Shown piece after piece: positions 13,649 through 25,794 of a stretch of 64,000 nt of DNA; position 1 is the first letter of the stretch; the number at the start of each line of letters is the position of its first letter. The position numbers and the translations under genes were made by a program. Under the pieces are notes generated by a model. That model saw nothing but the letters and a program-made list of their open reading frames with translations. It had not been told where the DNA came from and did no database searches. Source of the stretch: Octopus vulgaris. Its lineage: Eukaryota. Location: the NCBI GenBank assembly GCA_951406725.2, contig OX597827.1, positions 3,100,001-3,164,000 of the forward strand, read 5' to 3'.

Positions 13649-13950
13649 GGCACATGGCCTAGTGGTTAGAGCAGCGGACTCACGGTCGAGGGATCGTGGG
13701 TTCGAATCTCAGACTGGGCGATGTGTGTGTTTATGAGCGAAATCACCTAAGCTCCATGCGGCTCTGGCAGAAGGTAATGGCGAACTTCTGCTGATTCATT
13801 CGCCACAACTTTCTCTCACTCTTTCCTCCTGCATCTTGCAGCTCACCTATGACAGACCGGCGTCCCATCCAGGTGCGGAACCTATACGCCAAGAAACCGG
13901 GAAACCAGCCCTTATGAGCCAGGCATGGTTCAAGAAGGAACAAAAACAAA
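13649..13950 (+). mobile_element. tRNA-derived SINE family D (V-domain-like)
   Basis: Clear tRNA head TGGCCTAGTGG and GGTTCGAATC; gaccggcgtcccatccagg resembles the V-SINE central domain; A-rich tail. Confidence 0.75.
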
Positions 13951-14220
13951 ACAATATAAGTTCACTCCCTCTATCAGGTCAACATTGCCTGTACAGGTGC
14001 CACAGATCAGATGTCGAAATTATCACAAAGCAACATGAAATAAAGTGTTTTGCTCAAGAACAGAATGAACTTATTGGTCTTGGAATCGAAATCACAATCT
14101 TATAATTATAAAAGCAACACCCTAACCAGCAGGCCATATGCCTTCAGTCAAATACTGGGGTCAGTTAAGTGATTTCCCCCTCATTCAAAATTGCTAACCT
14201 TGTGCCAAAATTACAATTTA

Positions 14221-14407
14221 TTATTGAGTGAGAGAGTAGTGCATGCTGTCAAAGTGACACTGGGGTACAAAGACTCGAAGTCCAATATATCCATCATGAC
14301 TACCCATCTCATAAGGGTACACCAGGCACATGCATCATAACCATATGTGCAAGACACGGTGATCTCATATCAAGATAAACAGTGTCTGACCTTGCAGGTG
14401 GAGCCCA

Positions 14408-14409
<2 letters not shown>
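14221..14409 (-). mobile_element. 5'-truncated copy of the 560-bp (TAA)-tailed element
   Basis: Near-identical to 14450-14635 and separated from it by (TTA)n. Confidence 0.85.
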
Positions 14410-14449
<40 letters not shown>

Positions 14450-14452
<3 letters not shown>

Positions 14453-15010
14453 GAGTGAGAGAGCAGTGCATGCTATCAAAGTGACACTGGGGTAAAATAT
14501 ACGAAGCCCAGTATACCCATCATGACTCCCCATCTGATAAGGGTACACCAGGCACATGCATCACAACCATATGTGTGCATCATGGGGATCTCATATCAAG
14601 ATAAACAGTGCATGATCTTGCAGGTGGGGCCCAGGTAGAATTTTCTTCAGGTTGAGTAGCCCATTCTGCTCAAAAGGTCCCTGAATAAGTGTTGTTTAAG
14701 GATGTTGAGCAAAACACCTATGTTTCCAGAGGTGAATTATTCAAGCCCCTAAGAATTTCTCTCAACACATGGCTATGATGCTCCCCCACTACTTCTGCTC
14801 ATGATCAGAGATGCACATATCGTCAGCCACTAAGGGACATGCTCAACTGGTTAAGGTCAAACAGCTGACAAGCAAATCTGTGGTATTGAGCAGAATATTT
14901 GCTGTAGCCCATCTTTTATACCAAGACAAAACAATGTACATGATAACACTTCCAACCAATTAAGATCAGAAGCCATGAGAGCCATTGCCTGGTACTGCAT
15001 CAGGGCATTT
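14450..15010 (-). mobile_element. approx. 560-bp non-coding retroposon ending ...ctctctcactc(aat)n
   Basis: Full-length inverted match to 25085-25641; flanked by (TTA)n on both sides. Confidence 0.8.
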
Positions 15011-15434
15011 ATTATTATTGTTATTATCATTATTTTTTAATTGAAATTCTACCAAGGAAAACTTTGTCTTTCATCCCTTCTAGGTTGAGAATATTAAGAA
15101 CCAGCCAAATACAGGAGTCAAAGGTATCAACTGGTCCTCTCTCTTGCCTTATGCCTAAATCAGAAATTATTATTATTGCTGTTGTTGTTGTTATTGCAAA
15201 CATCATCACCAAGATAATTATAATTTTGGGAAAATAGCTTATCATATTTACTCTTAACATCATCATCATTGTCATCATCTTTATCATCAAGACTGACACA
15301 ATTGTTATCATCACCACCAACATCACTGCCGTTCTTGTCATCATTACCACCACCGCCATCATCATCTTAAATAATGTCACCCTGATCACCATCATTATCC
15401 TCATTGCCAAAATCGTTGTTGCATTTCATGATTT

Positions 15435-15479
<45 letters not shown>

Positions 15480-15515
15480 CTGACAATGTTATATATATAT
15501 ATATATATATATATA

Positions 15516-15647
15516 CTTTATTTAAAGCAGCAGAAAATTCAACAAAATTGTGGAATTTTCTGCTGCTTTAAATAAAGCATATTACTCTACCACTGGTATT
15601 TGAGTACTCTTTTTATCCACCTTGTTTCACATTTATGTGTTTACTCC

Positions 15648-15650
<3 letters not shown>
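15516..15650. repeat. fold-back element: perfect 25-bp inverted repeat plus one-sided extension, embedded in (TA)n
   Basis: ctttatttaaagcagcagaaaattc (15516-15540) is the reverse complement of 15553-15577. Confidence 0.9.
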
Positions 15651-15742
<92 letters not shown>

Positions 15743-15809
15743 CTGTTATATCCAAGTTTGTCTCCAAATTGTCTCTTTAAGCAGCTTGTATATACATACA
15801 TACATACAT

Positions 15810-15848
<39 letters not shown>

Positions 15849-16033
15849 AACATACACACATATATATACGTATGTATATATAGTACTCATTGAAACACTT
15901 TGGAAAGGTTATAAATTCGATAATGTGATGATATGTTATTACCATAAGCAGTAAAGATTGATTGAAATATCAACCTCGTCTTTGTATTTCTAATTTCTTC
16001 TACTCCACATTATGATTGTTATATTCTTTTTAT

Positions 16034-16072
<39 letters not shown>

Positions 16073-16164
16073 GTTTTATTTTCTTATTGCATTTTTCTTT
16101 TTTTACCTGTTTTTGGGTAGGTGTTTTTTTGTTCTTTTATTATTAAAAGTTGGCATAGTCTTAC

Positions 16165-16192
16165 AAACATGTCATATTTAAAATCCATCCAC
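16165..16192 (-). CDS. candidate 28-nt microexon (xWMDFKYDMF)
   Basis: Minus strand: about 85-nt polypyrimidine tract, then cctcag|GTGGATGGATTTTAAATATGACATGTTT|gtaaga; strong acceptor and donor. Confidence 0.4.
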
Positions 16193-16289
16193 CTGAGGAA
16201 AAAGAGAGAAAGAGAGGGAAAGGAAGGAAGGAAGAAAGAAAGAAGGAAAGAAAGAGCGAAAGCAAGAAAGAAGGAGAGAAACTGTTTTC

Positions 16290-16760
16290 CACTCGTTTCA
16301 TCACGTCGACACTCTAGAACAATCCCTATCCCATCGATCGGCAACCACCACTACCACGACGGCGACCACCACTACGATGACGGCAACCACCACTACGATG
16401 ACGACGACGACGATGACGATGATGATGATGCTAGCAATGATGATGGCAGCAACGAGCTACGTTCAATTTCAGTTTCCCTCTACTAATAACCGCATACAAT
16501 GACTTCTTCTCCTCCAATGACCTAGTTTCGCTTCGACAATATTCGTTTCAGAAAGCACATATGAATACATATGTATATCCTGTCACATTGGCTGATTGAT
16601 TGATTAACGAGCACAAATAACTGCATATCGATGAATACAAAGAGACACGGAATGGATGGAAGGAGAGAAAGGGAAAAGAGAGTGAGAGTGAGCAGGGAGA
16701 GCAAGCGAGAGGGACGGAAGGAGGGAGGCAGTTGCGAGTACACGTGCACTTGTACTGTTG
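16290..16760 (-). promoter_or_regulatory. CpG-retaining island / candidate internal promoter
   Basis: Many CpGs in non-TE sequence against a CpG-depleted window; CTGTCA, ATTGG (CCAAT) and TGATTGAT cluster at 16580-16606; CACGTG at 16741. Confidence 0.4.
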
Positions 16761-16999
16761 CATATTTAGATTAATTCATTCATATCTATATTTAAACAAG
16801 TGTGCGTGCATACACGAGTGTGTGCGTATGTGAGTGATTATGTGTGTGTGTGTATGTGTGTGCGTGAGAGTGTGTGCGTGTGTGTGCGTGAGAGTGAGTG
16901 TGCGTGTGTGTGCGCGTGTGTGTGAGCATGCATATTAATATTGGCATGCACACACATAGATATAGAAATATACAAGCATTTAAAAATATCAACATCAAA

Positions 17000-17043
<44 letters not shown>

Positions 17044-17869
17044 TGCATACATACTAGCATGTACTCTTCTATCAATGTACACCCATCCGCACCATACACG
17101 TACACTTAAACACAATATAGAAACACAAAAAACATTAAGATAAAAAACAAAATGAATACGCATACACAGGTTCATATACTCACTCACAAAAACACACACA
17201 CACACACACAAAGAGGTATAACTTAAAATTTAATTCTGATAAAAACATTACAACACCCCCATGCTCAAAGGAAGAAAAAGAAGACAGAAGCTTATAGAGT
17301 GATGCTGGCAGGGATGATGGTGGTGGTGGTGATATCAGTAGGCAGCAGCAGTATGTGTGTGTGTGTGTTTGTGTTTTCCCATCAAAGATGTTTCCAATGT
17401 TTATGAAACTTTGGGATGATTCCCTAATGAGTTTGGTTAATTTGGAGGAAAAGTCATGAGATGCATCCCCCCCGGTGGCTGGTTGTTAATGCCTCTCCAT
17501 CCATGACACAATTGTGTGGAGACAATAGAGAAGGCACCGAAATGATACTAATGATACTAATGAAACATTCTTTCTCGGTGAAGGAGGAATGGAGTTCAAT
17601 TCCTAGGGTTGCAGTGGGTTTCAATTCTTTGGCAGAGTTTGAACTCGTGATACAGGTGCAGATATGGCTATATGATACTTGCTTCCCAACCATGCAGTCT
17701 AAGATCCAATCTCATTGTGTGGCACCCTGAGCAAGTATCTTCTACTATAACCCTGGGCTAAACAAAACTTTGTGAGAAGATTAGGCAGGCAAAATCTGAA
17801 AGAAGACCATTGTGTGTGTGTTTACATGTGCATATTATATAAGGAAATGGCAAGGGACCAGGACTGGTG

Positions 17870-18135
17870 GTGATTTATCCATAATGATGGGCTTGTCCTT
17901 TACAGATGCCAGTGTGACATTAAATGCACTCTTGCTGGTGTTGCATAAATGCACCTGTGCTGGTTGCACGTATGAGGCACCCAGCATGCTCTGTAAAATG
18001 GTTGGTGTCAGGAAGGGCATCCAGCTGTAGAAACCATGCCACAACTGACAATTTGGAGTCTGGGCAGCTTCTAGACTGGCCATCTCCTGTCAAAACGTCC
18101 AACCCATGCCAGCATGGAAAATGGACATTAAATGA
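17870..18135 (+). mobile_element. RTE 3'-UTR fragment
   Basis: ggttggtgtcaggaagggcatccagctgtagaaac...tccaacccatgccagcatggaaa tail shared with 45439-45600 and 50560-50717. Confidence 0.75.
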
Positions 18136-18166
18136 TAACACACACACACACATATACATGTGTATA

Positions 18167-18204
<38 letters not shown>

Positions 18205-18353
18205 AATAATTTGGGAAAACAAATTTTCCAATCAATCAGGTGTAACCCTACATCGTTATATGCATCTACATATCGTACTTTGGTGTCTTATTTATTATAT
18301 ATTTATATATTTATTTATAAATATACAAAGTATCCGATAAAAGTCAATATGAG

Positions 18354-18388
<35 letters not shown>

Positions 18389-18755
18389 AGCAAAACACTA
18401 TTACACATTGTTCTAGTTCACTCAGCTGTAGAAATGAGTTTTGATGTCACTAGTGCCAATGCCAAATTGTATTGGCCTTAACTATATCTTGGACAACATT
18501 GGTGGTATGTAGTGGCAACTGCTGGTCTTCCACAGACAACCTTGCCTGAATTTGTACCTCAGAGAGGAACTTTCTAGGAAAAATCCCATAGTCATTTGTG
18601 ACCAAAGGAGGCCTTTGCCTGACAGTTTAATATATATATATGTATATATATTTACTGAATCTCAGTCTTTTATACACTAGGCCACTGGTGTTTAAATTGA
18701 TGTTATTAAACTAATATCCAATTTTTTCACCCTCATTTTGACTTCATATATATAT

Positions 18756-18915
18756 ATTGCAGTGTGGAAGGTGTTTGTAAACCATTTAAGGAACACAGAA
18801 AAATCATACAATTCACTTCAACATAGTGTGTTCCTTAAATAGCTTACAAACACCTTCCACGCTGCAATTGTTTTCGTTTCAGCACACGATCTCAGATCAA
18901 ATCACTTGCTTTGCA
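18756..18915. repeat. fold-back element: 42-bp inverted repeat (39/42) plus extension, after (TA)n
   Basis: 18756-18797 versus 18827-18868, 29-nt loop. Confidence 0.9.
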
Positions 18916-19267
18916 GGTACATCTCCGTAAGGATACATATATTAATATTTCTAAATCTCTCTAAAGGAGACTACAGCAGCAGTACTGGGTATTAATAGTT
19001 ATTGCCAAGCTAACATGGCAGTCCTTGCTCGGAAACAGGTGAGGGTCAGCATCAAGAGGGAGATCTTGCTGTACACCTAGAATTCTGCCTCAACAAATTT
19101 CATCTGACCTATGCATGCATGGAAAAGTAAATGTTAAACGAAGATGATGATGAAGATGAAGAATACATAGAAGTGGAAAAGAAAACTGCCCAACATCTTG
19201 TCCGAACATTCCACCCACAATCAGTTTCTTCCAATCCTTTCTTAACAGCATTTATTGACCACTTAAG

Positions 19268-19565
19268 AAATACAGTTCTATATTGAAGAGATGAGGATTT
19301 ATGTACATTATTTACATTGTTTACATTTGATGGATATTTGTCCTCATCTTGTTTGTTGTTAACACAATGTTTCGGCTGATATACCCTCCAGCCATCATCA
19401 GGTGTGTTGGGGAAATTTAAAACCTGGGTTCTCATTCCTGAGGTATTTTTTGATGCTATTATTATTATTGTTATTATTATTATAATTATTATTCAGGTCA
19501 CTGCCTGGAATCGAACTCGGGAAATTGGGGTTAGTAGCCCGCACTCTCAACCCCTACACCATATG
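19268..19565 (-). mobile_element. tRNA-headed, hammerhead-containing SINE-like element
   Basis: Minus strand: TGGTGTAGGGG A-box, GAGTTCGATTCC B-box, (AAT)n spacer, hammerhead, 3' 9-bp inverted repeat agatgagga/tcctcatct. Confidence 0.65.
19361..19410 (-). ncRNA. minimal type I hammerhead ribozyme
   Basis: ACAC-CUGAUGA-U-GGCUG(GAGGGUAUAU)CAGCC-GAAA-CA-UU-GUGU: intact core, 5-bp stem II, 4-bp stem I. Confidence 0.75.
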
Positions 19566-20934
19566 AAAGGTAAGATTATCTTTGATAAAAATTGAACTCA
19601 GAACTCAAAAGTGCAGAGGACTGGAATGAATAATGCAACACTTTTAATGATGCTGCCAATATGCTACTTAAGTAGTAGCAGTGGTGGTGGTGGTAGTGGT
19701 GGTGGTAGAAGTTGTGGTGATAGTGGTAATAGCAGTGGTGATGGGGATAGTAGTGGATGAGTGGATGTCATATGGTGGAGATGGTATCACAGTAATAGTA
19801 GTAGTGGTGGTGTGGTAGTAGTGGTTGTGGTGGTGGTGTTGTTGGTAGTGGTAGTAAAGTCATCTTATATTGTTTTTTTCCTATTTTGTCTTTAGTGGGG
19901 CAGGACCAACCATTTTTTTCTTTCTTTTAAGAAAAAAAAAACAATAATAATAATAGCAACAACAATAACAATATGACAAATAACTTGAAGAATTTCAAAG
20001 AATTTGTTTCAGAGAATTGGAAAACAACTGAGTGAATTATCTTCATTTGTGGTAACATTTAGCATTTGAAGAATTTGTCATCATGTTCTTTCTGTTAAAG
20101 TTTCACCATTTCTGAGAGAAAGAGAAAGAGGTGGGGAAAAGACAAAAGCATTGATGGAAGGAATTGCAAAAGACAATGCCTTCTGAATGAATAATAATGA
20201 TGTCTTTGGCTTTCCAGTCTGTCTGGGCCTAACTTTCAAGTGTGTGTGTGTGTGTTTGTAAGTTTGTTTTGTTCTTTTTTTATTATTATTTAATTTGAAT
20301 TCATTTCTAGTGTCCTGTTTTGTTTTTGTTTTTTTGCTGTAGTTCTAGAAATGCTCTGGCTTTTGAAGACACGAAGAATGTCATTGATAATTATTGCACA
20401 AATTCTTTGAAATGTAAACGTATTTAAAAGAAACAAGCAAAAGACATACACACACACACATATATATATATACATGTATATTTATATCCTTTATCTTTCA
20501 CTCATTTTAGTCATTAGACCGTGGCCATGCTGAGGCACCACCTTAAAGAACTTTAGACAAATGAACTGACCTCAGGACTTATTCTTTGTAAGCCTAGTAC
20601 TTATTCTATCATTCTCTTTTGCTTAACTACTGAGTTACAGGAACATAAACACACACACACACACACACATATATATATGAGGGATTTCTTTTAGGTTTCA
20701 TCCACCATAATCAGGCTTTGGTCAGCCTGAGGTTATATTAGAAGAGTTGCCATGTGGTTAGAGTGCAAACTTGGTAATGCACAGCTATGCCTGGGCCTTT
20801 ATACACACACACACACACATATATAGTAGCAATACTAACAAACAAGGAAATATAAAAATTAGAACAAAATTAAGTCAAAATTGAAAGTAGGAAACAAAGA
20901 CACATGAACATTGTCAACTGGAATAATAATAATA

Positions 20935-21575
20935 ATGGTTTCAAATTTTTCCACGGGGGCAGCAGAAAGGATGAGTCAATTATATCCACCCCAGTGTTCA
21001 ACTGGTACTTATTTTAATTGACCTGAATGAATGAAAGGCAATGTGAACCTCACAGAATTTGAACTCACAATGCAGTGATGGGCAAAATACCATTAAGCAC
21101 TTCGACCAGTGTGCTAACAATTCTGCCAGCTCGCTGCCTTAATAATAATAATAATAATGATCGCAACAGCTATTCTTTCTATTATGGCACAAGGCCAGAA
21201 ATTTTTGGGTAGGATGCTAGTAGAGTACACTGACCCCAGAACTTGACTGGTATTTTATTTTATCAACCTTGCGATAAGAAAAGTCATGCTGTGTGGAATT
21301 TGATATCAGAGTGTAAAAGAGCTAGAGAAAAATGCCATTAAGTATTTTGCCCAGTGTATTAACAATTCTACTAGTTCACTACCCTAATAATAATGGTCCT
21401 TTTTCCCATAGGCCCAAAACCTGAAATTGGTAAGGAGGGGTCTATTCAATTACATCAACCCTAGTGCTCAACTGGTACTATGTTTTATTAACCCCTAAAA
21501 AGATGAAAGGCAAAGCTGACCTTGGTAGAAATGGCTCTAAGCATTTTGTCTGGCATGCTAACCATTTTGCTTGGC
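20935..21575 (-). mobile_element. three tandem SINE family B copies separated by (TAA)n
   Basis: Repeated actggtact...gatgaaaggcaaag...gaatttga...attctgccagctcgc.gcct(taa)n. Confidence 0.7.
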
Positions 21576-21899
21576 CGTAATAATAAAAATGATAATAATA
21601 GTGATATCTCGTTATGGTCTTATTGAAGACTATTACTTTGTCATTGTCCTTATTGCATTTGATTTTTATTCATACATGTATGTATTTCTGTTGTTTTTTT
21701 TTAAATAGATTATTTCTTGTTTTTCTGTATATTTTTTTTTTTTCAGTGTTTGCTTTTTTTCTGTATATTATTATCATTTTGCTCTTTCAGAATTGTTATA
21801 AATTCCTTCAATTAGAATAAGAACAGCACAGACCTCACAACAGAAAAATATTAGAGAGCAGAAAAACAGAAAAAGAAAAATTTATGTAAAGCTTATGAC

Positions 21900-22295
21900 A
21901 ACAACGATGATGGTGACAGTAAAGCTGCTGTTATTGATAATGATGATGATGATGAAGATTACATTGATAATGATAGCATTGTGATGGTAGTGGTGATGAT
22001 GAGGAAGGGGAGATAGATGACATTGATGATGATGTCAAAAACAATGATGATAATGATGGTGATGATAAGAATGCTGACAATAACAATGGTAGAGGTGAGG
22101 ATAAGGGCAATTATGAAGAGGTAGGGAATGATGATGATGATGATGATGAAGAAGAGTGTAGGTGAGGAGGTAGCTGATATTGATCATGATGTCAACAACA
22201 CTAACTATGATGATGAGAATAATAACAACGATGATGGTAGAGGTGATGATAAGGATGATTATGAAGAAATTAATGATGACATTGATGATGATTAT
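21900..22295. repeat. degenerate (GAT)n low-complexity tract
   Basis: Direct reading. Confidence 0.85.
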
Positions 22296-23227
22296 TTTTT
22301 CTGTTTTGACCTAAGAACAATTTCAACACTTCACTGAATTAACCTTACAAACCCTAAAACAAAATTATCATTACATGCTTTAATATCTTATCCATATTCT
22401 AAGGTGGTGGTGAATGCTTAGCAGCATTTTGTCAATCTTTATATTCCAGGTTCAAATGCTGCCAGGGCTGACTTTGCTTTTAATCCTTTTGGAGTCAATA
22501 AAATAAGTGCCAGTTGAGCTCTGAGTCGATATAATCAACACTGATGCCTTCCTTTCCACAAAACTGCTGGCATTTTGCCGTAATTTGAAAGAATATTTTT
22601 ATCAATCCACATAACTGAACTCACGACAAAGAGTAAGGGAAGATGAATTAATATTGATGGCAATATTTTATTCTACTTCATTAACTCCACCACAAAGATA
22701 AAAGGTAACAGTTGACCTTGGTAGGATTTGAACTCAGAATGCAAAGAGCAGTAGCTAAATATCGAAAGAAGAAGAAGAAGAAGATGATGATGATGATGAG
22801 GAGGAGGAGGAGGAGGAGGAGGTTCAACTTGAGTTCAGCCTTGATCAGGCAGACTTAGGACTAAGTCTGCTTGATCCTAAGCATGACTGTACATTATATT
22901 TTCCAGTCATGATCATTTGTTATATTTTCAGGAATAGTGTATCTCGAGGTACATTAACTGTTATCTTTTATCTTTTACTTGTCTCAGTAATTAAACTGTG
23001 GCCATGCCAGGGCACCACCTTGAAGGGTTTTAATTGAACAAACCAGCACCAGTATTTATTTTTAAGCTTGGTACTTCTTCTATTAGTCTATTTTGCCAAA
23101 CCACTAAATTCTAAGGATGTATACAAACCAACACTGGTTCAGTAATGGTGGGAGACAAACACAGCAGAACATACATACAGATATATACATATATATATAC
23201 ATATATATATACACACCTATATAGGAT

Positions 23228-23550
23228 AAAGACCCCCTTCGGTCATGAATGATCATGGAATTACACCTGGGAAGTTCCCCCCTGAGGCACAAGTGCAAGG
23301 TTGTTTATGGAAGACTAGCAGTTGCCCATGCATGCCAGCCACCTCTCTCCACACCACAGATGTTTGCCAAGGGAAAGGCAAAGACTGATGCAGATTGGCA
23401 TCAGTGTTGTCGTAACTCATTTCTGCAGCTGAGCAAAACTGGAGAAATGTGGAATAAAGTGTCTTGCTCCGGAACATAAAACACAGCTTGGTCTGGGAAT
23501 CGAACTCACTACCTCATGATTGTGAGCCTGATGCTCTAATCACTGAGTCA
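23228..23550 (-). mobile_element. SINE with family C head and distinct body
   Basis: gagttcgattccc B-box; 3' tail catgaccgaagggggtcttt; related copies at 18385-18620 (+) and 33860-34075 (-). Confidence 0.7.
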
Positions 23551-24269
23551 TATGATGGGATTCTAATATTTTCCATCTACCAGCTCTACTCAGAAGGCTT
23601 TGGTTGGCTTTGGGCCACAGTAAAAGACACTTCTCCAAAGTGCCACTCAGTGGGATTGAAGCTGAAACCAGATGGTTGGGAAGCAAGCTTCTTGCAAATA
23701 CAGCCATCATGCACTTGACATTTTATATATATTTTAAATAATTTGTTCACTATAAAGAAAACTATATAATACTTTCACTTTCTTGGCTAACAAGGTGATT
23801 ATGCTCATCACTAATGATGTTAAATTTGAATAATATTGCATAACCACAAAATTGATAAAAGAATAGATGTAGCAAAATTTAATTCAGTCTACACTGAATG
23901 TATAACTGTTGGGGAATTTTAATGAGATGAGGGTGAGGAAAGACAAAGCCTGCTCACAATGAATTCAAGCACAGAACATACAGAGGTGTCGCTGAATACA
24001 TTGCAAGATATCTTGAGTTTTGGGAAAGAGCAGCAAAATTTCCCTCAAAACATAACTCATTAAAAAGATAGACTAAGAATGTGGTTTGAAAGTAAACGAT
24101 CTCAGTAACGAATAGGACCTGAAATTGGATGGAGAGGGAGTGAGACAACCACATCAAGCCCGGTACTTCATTTCAAAAAGATGAAAAGCAAAGTCAACCT
24201 CAGTGGAATTTGAACTCGATGTAAAGCCATAAAAAATGCTGTTCAGCTTGATGACAATTGTGCCGGCTT

Positions 24270-24570
24270 TCCACCATAAAAGGAAATCAAGCTCATAGAT
24301 ATTGCCATACGTGAGGATGCATGCGTAAAGGACAAAGAGCGGCAAATGGACAAATACAAACTACTGAACAACAAAATTGCAAAAACGTGGGCAATGAAGA
24401 GAATAACTGTTATTCCAGTAGTTGTGGCAGCACTCAGAGCACTAATAACCTGGTCTGAGAAATAAGTCATAGAAAAAAAAAGGAATTGATATGTGGGCTG
24501 AATAGGCCCACAATAATGCTCTGTTGGGGACAGGTAGGATTTTGAGATAGGTCCTTGATTGTTGAGTGTC
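24270..24570 (+). pseudogene. R4/Dong-clade non-LTR retrotransposon, restriction-like endonuclease C-terminus
   Basis: Reads KEIKLIDIAIREDACVKDKE..DKYK..W...TVIPVVVAAL...ALLGTGRILR with stops. Confidence 0.7.
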
Positions 24571-24680
24571 TTCCACGATAAGTTAACATCCAAGTAAAGA
24601 TGGATTAAATGTTACTAAGCAGTTTGCCCAGTGTGCTAATGATTCTGACAGTAGCCTTAATAATAATAATAATAATAATG

Positions 24681-24715
<35 letters not shown>

Positions 24716-24731
24716 ATTAATGATGATGATA

Positions 24732-25088
24732 ACAAGAGCACTCAGAGAGTGCAAACCTCTGCCAAGGCAACACCAACATCCTCTCAACAATTAACCAGAG
24801 ATGATTTTTAAAATGAGAATATCTGATATAAACATGACTACTCTCACAAACGAGAATACTAAAAATGAACCCAATTGCTCTCAAAAATTAAGTAAAAAAA
24901 AACAGGAAAAATAATCCAGAATCCTTGTCCTGTACCAGATCGATTTTATCAATTTTATCAATTTGTGCAAGTCATGAGGCCAAACATCCCTGAAAGTTTC
25001 ATCCAAATCCATCCAACAGTTCTTGAGATATCTTGACCACAGACAAACAAACACAACTGAAAACAATACCTCTGCCTTCGCTAAGGCA
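24732..25088 (+). mobile_element. Helentron/HINE-like non-autonomous element
   Basis: 5' acctctgccaagg, 3' hairpin acctctgccttcgctaaggcag, aagtttcatccaaatcc and acagacaaacaaac motifs. Confidence 0.5.
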
Positions 25089-25641
25089 GTACCAGGAAGT
25101 GGCTCTCATGGCTCCTGATCTTAACTTATTGGAAATGTTATGTACATTGTTTTGTCTTGGTATAAAAGATGGGCTACAAAAAATATTCTGCTCAATACCA
25201 CAGATTTGCTTGTCAGTTGCTTGGCCTTTGCCAGTTGAGCAAGTCCCCTAATGGCCGACGATATGCGCATCTCTGATTACAAGCAGAAGTAGTGGAAGAA
25301 CATCATAGCCATGCATTGAGAAGAAATCTTTGAGGTTTGAATAATACACCTTTGGAGGAATGGGTGTTTGGTTCAACATCCTTAAACAACCCTTATTCAG
25401 GGACCTTTCGAGCAGAATGGGCTACTCAACCTGAAGAAAATTCTTACTGGGCCCCACCTGCAAGATCAAGCACTGGTTATCTTGATATGAGATAACCATG
25501 TCATGCACATATGGTTGTGATGCATGTGCCTGGTGTACCCTTACCAGACATGTAGTCATGATGGGTATACTGGGCTTCATATATTTTGTCCCAGTGTCAC
25601 TTTGATAGCATGCACTGCTCTCTCACTCAATAATAATAATA
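25085..25641 (+). mobile_element. 560-bp (TAA)-tailed element, second full copy
   Basis: Reverse complement of 14450-15005. Confidence 0.8.
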
Positions 25642-25794
25642 AATTGTTTCAAATTTTTGCACAAGGCTAACAATTTTCGAGAGAGGAGGTTAGTCAATTA
25701 CTCTACTCCCTGAACTTGACTGGTTCCAAGTAACTCCTCATTATTTGAATTGAGAATACAAAGATCCAGAAAGAAGTGACATTAAGCATCTTGT

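Noticed and set aside
13649-13725. tRNA gene
   Set aside because: A and B boxes are present, but the acceptor stem is not closed and the sequence continues into a SINE body.
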